Assembly (NCBI GenBank): GCA_002869165.1
Contig: PKTK01000001.1
Span: forward strand, 157,006-221,005
Length of the DNA stretch: 64,000 nucleotides
Direction of reading: 5' to 3'
Origin: Candidatus Parcubacteria bacterium
GTDB lineage: Bacteria > Patescibacteriota > Patescibacteriia > Patescibacteriales > UBA12075
A program made the position numbers and the translations under genes. Positions 8,094 to 14,014 of this stretch are shown here, piece by piece (within the stretch, counting starts at the first letter, position 1; each line of letters opens with the position of its first letter). The notes beneath the pieces were generated by a model that worked only from the letters and a program-made list of their open reading frames with translations, was not told the origin of the DNA and made no database searches.

Positions 8094-8519
8094 CATATAA
8101 ACATGTAAGCATGTAAACATTTTTATTTGGTTATTATTTTAATGATTTAATTAATTTCCAGAGCATTGCTCCTATTTCATCAGACAATTTTGCAATTTCT
8201 TGATATTCTTTGTTTGAGAAATAATTTTCAATAAAAGTAAAATGTAATAAATACTTTGATTCTTTCAGTGATCCGTATGAAATTTTCCAAAAGTATTTTT
8301 TTGTTTTGCTTTGCTTTGCTCTCTTGCAAATCCTTCAATATAATTTAGTATCACAGATAGAGAGCTTCTTCTAAGTTGTGATGTACTTCCAAACTGTTCT
8401 TCTTTTGGAAATTTTTTTGTTATTTTATAAACATCATGGGCATATTTATCCATTTTTTCTTTTAGACTAATTTGAAAATCATTCATGTTTAAATGTTTAT
8501 ATGCTTACATGTTTATATG
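8094..8519. mobile_element. inverted-repeat-bounded four-helix-bundle gene cassette (IVS-like), copy 1
   Basis: CATATAAACATGTAAGCATGTAAACAT (8094-8120) matches the reverse complement of 8493-8519 at 26/27; fills the porD-porA spacer. Confidence 0.6.
8134..8486 (-). pseudogene. four-helix-bundle protein (23S rRNA IVS-protein family), frameshifted
   Basis: N-half MNDFQISLKEKMDKYAHDVYKITKKFPKEEQFGSTSQLRRSSLSVILNYIEGFAR is in one frame and C-half ..YFWKISYGSLKESKYLLHFTFIENYF...MLWKLIKSLK is in another. Adding one base to the T7 run at 8296-8302 restores the frame. Confidence 0.75.
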
Positions 8520-8520
8520 A

Positions 8521-8811
8521 TTACTTTTTCTCTAGCTTCATTTTAATAGCTTTTACTGGGCATTCGGTGGCGCAGACTCCACAACCTTTGCAGTAGTCGT
8601 AGTCGGTGACTGGTTTTTGGCTGGCTTTATTTTTTTGCATCACTATGCATGATTCAGGGCAGGCTTTGGCGCAGGTGCCACAACCAATGCATTTTTTATA
8701 ATCAGTTTCCGGGATATAAGTGCGCCATGAACCGGTTTTGTTATTTAATGTTGAAGCAGCTTTGCTTGTTATGTCCATATTTGTATATTGATAAATAATT
8801 ATTTTTGTCAT
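8521..8811 (-). CDS. porD: 2-oxoacid:ferredoxin oxidoreductase delta subunit (2x[4Fe-4S] ferredoxin)
   Basis: CIGCGTCAKACP and CKGCGVCATECP motifs. Confidence 0.9.
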   Translation of the reverse strand: MTKIIIYQYTNMDITSKAASTLNNKTGSWRTYIPETDYKKCIGCGTCAKACPESCIVMQKNKASQKPVTDYDYCKGCGVCATECPVKAIKMKLEKK

Positions 8812-8933
8812 CTCCCTGCCTGCCGGCAGGCAGGGTAGCAGAGCAGAGCAGAGAGATTCCTTAAACGTGGTATTAGTTTAAACTGAGATATTCCCAAGAC
8901 CAAGGGATTCCTCACCTCCGGTTCGGAATGGCA
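8806..8933. repeat. composite GC-rich repeat block (TGTCATCTC...CCTTAAACG unit, 20-bp palindrome, inverted TGCCATTCCGAAC...GGAATCCC unit)
   Basis: Shares ends with the copy at 39725-39759 and the palindrome CCTGCCTGCCGGCAGGCAGG (8815-8834) with 18211-18230; overlaps the porD start codon. Confidence 0.7.
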
Positions 8934-8938
8934 AGACT

Positions 8939-9481
8939 TTATGAATTAAATGCCTTAGTAACAGCTTTGATATTTTTTTCAACCAAAGACTTATCTTTTC
9001 CAGCGAACTTTTGTTTGATGGCTTTGGTGAGCCCCTCTAGACTTATAAGATTGTTTATTTTGGCTAAGGTGCCAAGGATGACTGTGTTAACAATATTCTT
9101 TCCTAAAATATCAAGAGCGATATTTGTGGCATCAATTACATAAATATTTTCCAGATCAAAGTTTATTCCCAGTTGGTCCTTAGGAAGACTTGAATTAACT
9201 ATAAGAATCGTGTCTTTGTGACAACCTTGAGCAAGGTCAACAGTTCCGATCAGGGTAGGGTCTTGTACGATTAGCGCATCAGGCTTGTAGACGTGTTCTC
9301 TGGTTCTGATAGGTTTGTCATCAATTCGAGCGTAAGCTTGTATGGGCGCACCAGTTCGCTCAACTCCAAAATGAGGAAAGGCTTGGGATTCGTGACCATC
9401 ATTAAAAGCGGCAATTGCGATGAGTTCAGCTGCAGTCACTACACCCTGACCACCACGACCGTGAATTCTAATTTGATACAT
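8939..9481 (-). CDS. porG: 2-oxoacid:ferredoxin oxidoreductase gamma subunit
   Basis: MYQIRIHGRGGQGVVTAAELIA N-terminus typical of gamma subunits. Confidence 0.9.
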   Translation of the reverse strand: MYQIRIHGRGGQGVVTAAELIAIAAFNDGHESQAFPHFGVERTGAPIQAYARIDDKPIRTREHVYKPDALIVQDPTLIGTVDLAQGCHKDTILIVNSSLPKDQLGINFDLENIYVIDATNIALDILGKNIVNTVILGTLAKINNLISLEGLTKAIKQKFAGKDKSLVEKNIKAVTKAFNS

Positions 9482-9490
9482 ATTATTTAC

Positions 9491-9603
9491 AGGCTACGAA
9501 AATACGAATCTCCACTATTTGGCGGAACGAATTTACAAATCAGCTTATAACGAACACATTAAAATTATTCGTAAATTCGTACTGATTCGTATTTTCGTAG
9601 CCT
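9491..9603. repeat. hairpin repeat, GGCTACGAAAATACGAATC family, copy 1
   Basis: AGGCTACGAAAATACGAATC (9491-9510) is a perfect reverse complement of 9584-9603; inner arms ACGAATTTAC / GTAAATTCGT. Confidence 0.85.
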
Positions 9604-9646
9604 AAGTATTATTCGATGATTAGTTTTTCGTAACCAATTAAATTAT

Positions 9647-10336
9647 TTATTTTAAATGATTAATTATAGTGTCAAAATCTTCATCAGAGATAGTTCCTTT
9701 GATGACTTGGCCATTAATAAACCAAATAGGCGTGCCTAAGTTGTGAACACCAAGTTTTTGAGCATCATCAAAATCTTGTTGGATTTTGGGGATATATTTT
9801 TTTGAATCAAAACATGATCCAAATTTTTCCATATCAACTCCGACTTGTTTAGCAAGAGTATATATTTCTTGTTTCTCCTTGACTCCTTGTTTTATAAAGA
9901 GTTTGTCATGCATTTGCCAAAATAACTCCTGCTCACCAGCACATCTTGCTGCCAGGGCCAGATCAAGTGAATAATCATGTACAATCGGTAGATCTCTCCA
10001 GATGTATTTTACCTTGTCATTATATAATGTACTTATCTCTCTGATCTTTTGAAATGAAGCTTTGCAGTAAGGACAGGAAAAATCAGCAAATTCAACTATT
10101 ACAATCTGAGCATCATCGGCACCTATAGAGTGATTACTACCATCTCCTAAAATTAACTTTTCCGCATCCAAAATGTTTTCTTCAAGTCCTGGACTTAACA
10201 GGGTTTTTTCCAGTTTACTTGATTCTAAAAATGTATTCAGTACCAACGAAGCTAGAAATATCAGAAATATTATAAAAAAAGCTTTGGAAAAAAATTTAAA
10301 AAAGGCCAATAATGATTGTTTGGAATTATTTGTCAT
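9647..10336 (-). CDS. membrane-anchored DsbA-family thiol:disulfide oxidoreductase
   Basis: N-terminal TM segment; thioredoxin-fold active site FSCPYCKAS. Confidence 0.8.
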   Translation of the reverse strand: MTNNSKQSLLAFFKFFSKAFFIIFLIFLASLVLNTFLESSKLEKTLLSPGLEENILDAEKLILGDGSNHSIGADDAQIVIVEFADFSCPYCKASFQKIREISTLYNDKVKYIWRDLPIVHDYSLDLALAARCAGEQELFWQMHDKLFIKQGVKEKQEIYTLAKQVGVDMEKFGSCFDSKKYIPKIQQDFDDAQKLGVHNLGTPIWFINGQVIKGTISDEDFDTIINHLK

Positions 10337-10407
10337 TGGCTGTTTATTATTCTATAATAAATATAAGAATAATTTTTATATTATAATATAAATTATAACA
10401 TTTTTTT

Positions 10408-10545
10408 ATGAATAGGCCAAATTTTGACAATCTAGAAAAAGATGTTTTGAAAAAAAGCCAAAAAAGGGATAAAAAAGGAAAAAAAACAATGAAGGTAAGT
10501 GGTGTTAAAGTAAAGAATTTGCAAAGAATTATTAAGGAAAAATAA
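10408..10545 (+). CDS. possible small basic protein (45 aa)
   Basis: ATG..TAA ORF MNRPNFDNLEKDVLKKSQKRDKKGKKTMKVSGVKVKNLQRIIKEK, read by hand; below the ORF-track cut-off; no homology recognised. Confidence 0.2.
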   Translation: MNRPNFDNLEKDVLKKSQKRDKKGKKTMKVSGVKVKNLQRIIKEK

Positions 10546-10547
10546 AC

Positions 10548-10595
10548 TGTTAAATGGTTAAATTGTTAAGTTATTAGCAATTTAGCCATTTAACA
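10548..10595. repeat. gene-less hairpin of the GTTAAA.GTTAAATTGTT arm family
   Basis: TGTTAAATGGTTAAATTG (10548-10565) matches the reverse complement of 10578-10595 at 17/18; same arm family as cassette 3 (41626/42033). Confidence 0.8.
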
Positions 10596-10609
10596 ATTTA
10601 TTATTTTAT

Positions 10610-12367
10610 ATGAAAAAATATTTTTTTATTTGTCTATTTTTATTCTTATTTGCTTTCTCAGTTAGCGCTGAAGAAGTTAGTGATTTTCGTCAGGAAATTT
10701 CTTTAGAGCGTGATGCTAGTTTTGTAGTAACCGAAACTATCACTTATGATTTTGGTGATTTAGAAAAACACGGTATTTATCGAGATATTATTTATAAATA
10801 CAATTCACAATTAGGTAGATATAAATTGGATTTGAAAGTGTTAAGTGTAAAAGATGACAAAGGTAATGATTGGAATTACCAGATTATCAATGATGGGGAC
10901 TATAGGAGAGTGAAAATTGGAGATGCTAATAAATTAGTTAGTGGCAAGCAAGTATATGTTATTGAGTATCAAGTCAAGAAAGGAATTACTTTCTTTGAAG
11001 ATCATGATGAATTGTATTGGAATGTGACTGGACAAAAATGGGAGGCGCTTATCAGACAATCGGTAGCTACGGTTGTTTTACCTGAGTTACTTGAAGAAAG
11101 CCAGCTTGATTTTAGTTGTTATTCTGGTGCTGTAGTATCGAATTCAGAGTGTGTGTCCAAACGTTTTTCTTATGAAGGGGCTGGCATGGTCAAAGAGGCG
11201 GTTTTTATAGATGACGTTATTCAAACTGGGAATGGCTTCACTATAGTTATGAGTTTTCCCAAAGGGTATATAGAAGAGCCAAGTTTTATTGATAAGGTAT
11301 TTTCATTTGCATGGAGTAATTGGATAATAATTCTGCCTTTATTTGTTCTTTTCTTTATGTACAAGATATGGCAAAGCAAGGGGAAAGATCCAATCGGTAG
11401 AACTACAATTGTAGCAGAGTTTGATGCTCCGGACAAGCTAAGTCCTATGGAAGTTGGGACTTTAGTTGATGAACATGCAGGTAAGGCAGAATTTAGTGCG
11501 CAAATTATTTATCTTGCCATCAAGGGTTATATCAAAATTATTCAAGATGAAAAAGGTAAATTCTTTAAGACTAAGGATTATGTGCTGTTAAAAATAAAAG
11601 ATAGTAGTGATCTTCCGAAATTAGAAAAATTATTTATTGATAAAATATTTTCTAGAGATTATCTGGAAACAAACCAAGAAGTATTAGATAAAACTAGTTC
11701 ACAAATTGATACAGACTATGATATCAAAATGGTTCGTATGTCAAAATTGAAGAATAAGTTTTACAATGAATTTCAGAGTCTTAAAAAAACTAGCTATGAG
11801 GTATTGGTTGAGAAAGGTTATTTTTCCAGAAATCCAAATTCCACCAGAGCTTTTTATACAGTATTTGGAGTACTTTTGATTCCTACTTTATACTTTCTAG
11901 CTCCTATGCTTGGACCAATTGCTATTGTCAGTATAATAATTTCATCTTTGATCATTATTGTTTTTGCCCAACTTATGCCTCAGAAAACTAGAAAAGGGAG
12001 CGTAGCTAGAGATCATATTCTTGGTTTAAAAAGATATTTGGAAGTCGCAGAAAAGGACAGATTGGAATTTCATAATGCCCCAGAAAAAAATCCCAAGGTT
12101 TTTGAGAAGTTACTTCCATTTGCCATGGCACTGGGAGTAGAGAAAAAATGGGCCAAACAATTTGAAGACATTTACAGTGGGCAAAATCCAAATTGGTATA
12201 CTGGAAATACTCATGCATTTTCTGCTTTAGCTTTGACGGATTCTATTTCAAGTTTTTCAAGCTTTACTAGTTCAAGTATGACTAGCACAGCTAGCTCGGG
12301 TGGTTCAGGCTTTTCAGGTGGCGGAGTTGGAGGAGGCTTTGGTGGTGGAGGAGGAGGATCGTGGTAG
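10610..12367 (+). CDS. DUF2207-family membrane protein
   Basis: Signal peptide, large extracytoplasmic N-domain, TM segments, C-terminal GGGVGGGFGGGGGGSW tail typical of this family. Confidence 0.75.
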   Translation: MKKYFFICLFLFLFAFSVSAEEVSDFRQEISLERDASFVVTETITYDFGDLEKHGIYRDIIYKYNSQLGRYKLDLKVLSVKDDKGNDWNYQIINDGDYRRVKIGDANKLVSGKQVYVIEYQVKKGITFFEDHDELYWNVTGQKWEALIRQSVATVVLPELLEESQLDFSCYSGAVVSNSECVSKRFSYEGAGMVKEAVFIDDVIQTGNGFTIVMSFPKGYIEEPSFIDKVFSFAWSNWIIILPLFVLFFMYKIWQSKGKDPIGRTTIVAEFDAPDKLSPMEVGTLVDEHAGKAEFSAQIIYLAIKGYIKIIQDEKGKFFKTKDYVLLKIKDSSDLPKLEKLFIDKIFSRDYLETNQEVLDKTSSQIDTDYDIKMVRMSKLKNKFYNEFQSLKKTSYEVLVEKGYFSRNPNSTRAFYTVFGVLLIPTLYFLAPMLGPIAIVSIIISSLIIIVFAQLMPQKTRKGSVARDHILGLKRYLEVAEKDRLEFHNAPEKNPKVFEKLLPFAMALGVEKKWAKQFEDIYSGQNPNWYTGNTHAFSALALTDSISSFSSFTSSSMTSTASSGGSGFSGGGVGGGFGGGGGGSW

Positions 12368-12370
12368 TTC

Positions 12371-12815
12371 AATTAAAAATTAAGAATTAAAAATTAAAAG
12401 TATTGCATGGAAGATAATGTTATCAAGAAAAAGTCTTTTGATTTTTCTGTTAGAATAGTAAAGGGGTATAAATATTTAACTACTAAAAAACGAGAGTTTG
12501 TTTTGTCAAAACAGTTATTACGAAGTGGTACCTCAATAGGAGCAAATATCGAAGAAGCAATAGGCGGTCAATCAAGAAAAGATTTTATTTCGAAATTTTC
12601 AATAGCATATAAAGAAGCCAGAGAGAGTAAATATTGGATAAGACTTTTAAGGGAAGTAAATTATTTAACTGAAGAGCAGGCAGAATCATTGCTTGATGAT
12701 TGTGATGAAATATGTAAAATAATTTCAAGCATATTAATAAGCAGTAAAAACAAAGATAATTGAAATTTTAAGAACTGAGAATTAATTCTTAATTTTTAAT
12801 TCTTAATTTTTAATT
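12371..12815. mobile_element. inverted-repeat-bounded four-helix-bundle gene cassette (IVS-like), copy 2
   Basis: AATTAAAAATTAAGAATTAAAAATTAA (12371-12397) matches the reverse complement of 12789-12815 at 27/27. Confidence 0.65.
12407..12763 (+). CDS. four-helix-bundle protein (23S rRNA intervening-sequence protein family)
   Basis: KSFDFSVRIVKGYKYL...LSKQLLRSGTSIGANIEEA.G.QSRKDFISKFSIAYKEARESKYWIRLL is the typical family pattern. Confidence 0.85.
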   Translation: MEDNVIKKKSFDFSVRIVKGYKYLTTKKREFVLSKQLLRSGTSIGANIEEAIGGQSRKDFISKFSIAYKEARESKYWIRLLREVNYLTEEQAESLLDDCDEICKIISSILISSKNKDN

Positions 12816-12822
12816 CTTTTTT

Positions 12823-13572
12823 ATGAAATTAATATCTTGGAACATAAATGGTATACGAGCTGTTATCAAAAAAGGTTTACTTGATTATTTGAAAAAAGAA
12901 AAGGCAGAGGTTTTTTGTTTTCAGGAGATCAAAATTGCCGAAGTAGCACGTATTAAGGAAGGACTAGAATTTTCAGATTGGCAGGAGTTTTGGAACTCAG
13001 CTGAACGGCCTGGTTACTCTGGGACTTTGACTTTGGTTAAGAAGGGGATTAAGGTAGGTTATTTGCACAAATTAAAATGGGATGATGAAGGGCGCATTCA
13101 GGCACTTGAGTTTGAAAAATTTATTTTGGTCAATGTTTATTTTCCCAATGCTAATCACGAGCTAAGCAGATTGGAGTTTAAAATGAAATTCAATGACAAA
13201 TTACTTGCTTATTTAAAAAAGCTTGAAAAGAAAAAGCCAGTAATAATTTGTGGTGATTATAATGTAGCTCATGAGGAAATAGATCTAGCTAGGCCAAAGG
13301 AGAATGTAGGCAATCCAGGTTTTACAGATGAGGAGAGAGCATGGATGAATAAGTTTTTGGACAAAGGTTTTACGGATACATTCAGATACAAACATCCAGA
13401 TAGTATTAAATATTCATGGTGGAGCTATCGAGCAGGAGCTAGAGCCAGGAATGTTGGCTGGAGGATTGACTATTTTTGTGTATCTAGTAGTATAAAAAAC
13501 AAAATAAAAAAAGCATATATTCAAAATGATGTTTTGGGCTCTGATCATTGTCCTGTAGGAATTGAAATGTGA
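12823..13572 (+). CDS. xth: exodeoxyribonuclease III
   Basis: MKLISWNINGIRA, CFQE, GDYNVAH, SDHCP motifs. Confidence 0.9.
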   Translation: MKLISWNINGIRAVIKKGLLDYLKKEKAEVFCFQEIKIAEVARIKEGLEFSDWQEFWNSAERPGYSGTLTLVKKGIKVGYLHKLKWDDEGRIQALEFEKFILVNVYFPNANHELSRLEFKMKFNDKLLAYLKKLEKKKPVIICGDYNVAHEEIDLARPKENVGNPGFTDEERAWMNKFLDKGFTDTFRYKHPDSIKYSWWSYRAGARARNVGWRIDYFCVSSSIKNKIKKAYIQNDVLGSDHCPVGIEM

Positions 13573-13593
13573 TTTCAAAAAGGAGGAGAAAAA

Positions 13594-13851
13594 ATGCTGG
13601 GAATATTTGTTGAGGTTCATAAAGGCTGTGAAGGGATATTCCTTCTGAACGAAAGAGACGAAATAGTATGCTCGTTTTGCAGTGTTCATCTGCATTACTG
13701 TCCAGAATGTGGCAAAAAAATGTACCTTGAAAAGCATTTGATGGCTGGTAGATGTGCGTGTGGAACGTATTATAATCCTGTGGATTTCAAAGTGATTGAA
13801 TTCAGCTCTAATGATGAAGACAAATATTTTAATCACCCAGTCCCAACTTAA
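13594..13851 (+). CDS. small zinc-ribbon protein
   Basis: Strong SD AAAGGAGGAG 8 nt upstream; CSFC..x..CPEC and C.C pairs. Confidence 0.6.
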   Translation: MLGIFVEVHKGCEGIFLLNERDEIVCSFCSVHLHYCPECGKKMYLEKHLMAGRCACGTYYNPVDFKVIEFSSNDEDKYFNHPVPT

Positions 13852-13860
13852 AAAAACAAA

Positions 13861-13892
13861 AAGGCTTGAAAAAAAAGTTCAAGCCTTTTTTA
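13861..13892 (+). terminator. rho-independent terminator
   Basis: GGCTTGAA / TTCAAGCC stem followed by a T-run. Confidence 0.75.
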
Positions 13893-14014
13893 TTTAGTAC
13901 GTATTATAGGGTATTCTAATTTTTAAGGTGAAAAATTTTATTACCGAAAGTTTGCATTTTTGGTGGTTTTAGGCTAAAATAATAAGCGTTTTTTAATTAG
14001 ATTAGTAAAAATTT

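Noticed and set aside
12407-12763. The four-helix-bundle genes as Avd components of a diversity-generating retroelement
   Set aside because: Avd belongs to the same fold family, but no reverse transcriptase ORF and no template/variable repeat pair is visible near any of the three copies.
13893-14014. T-box or other leader riboswitch upstream of leuS, and similarly of metG at 52091-52159
   Set aside because: The leaders are only about 120 nt and 70 nt long and are AT-rich. I could find no specifier-loop or T-box consensus and no antiterminator/terminator alternative.
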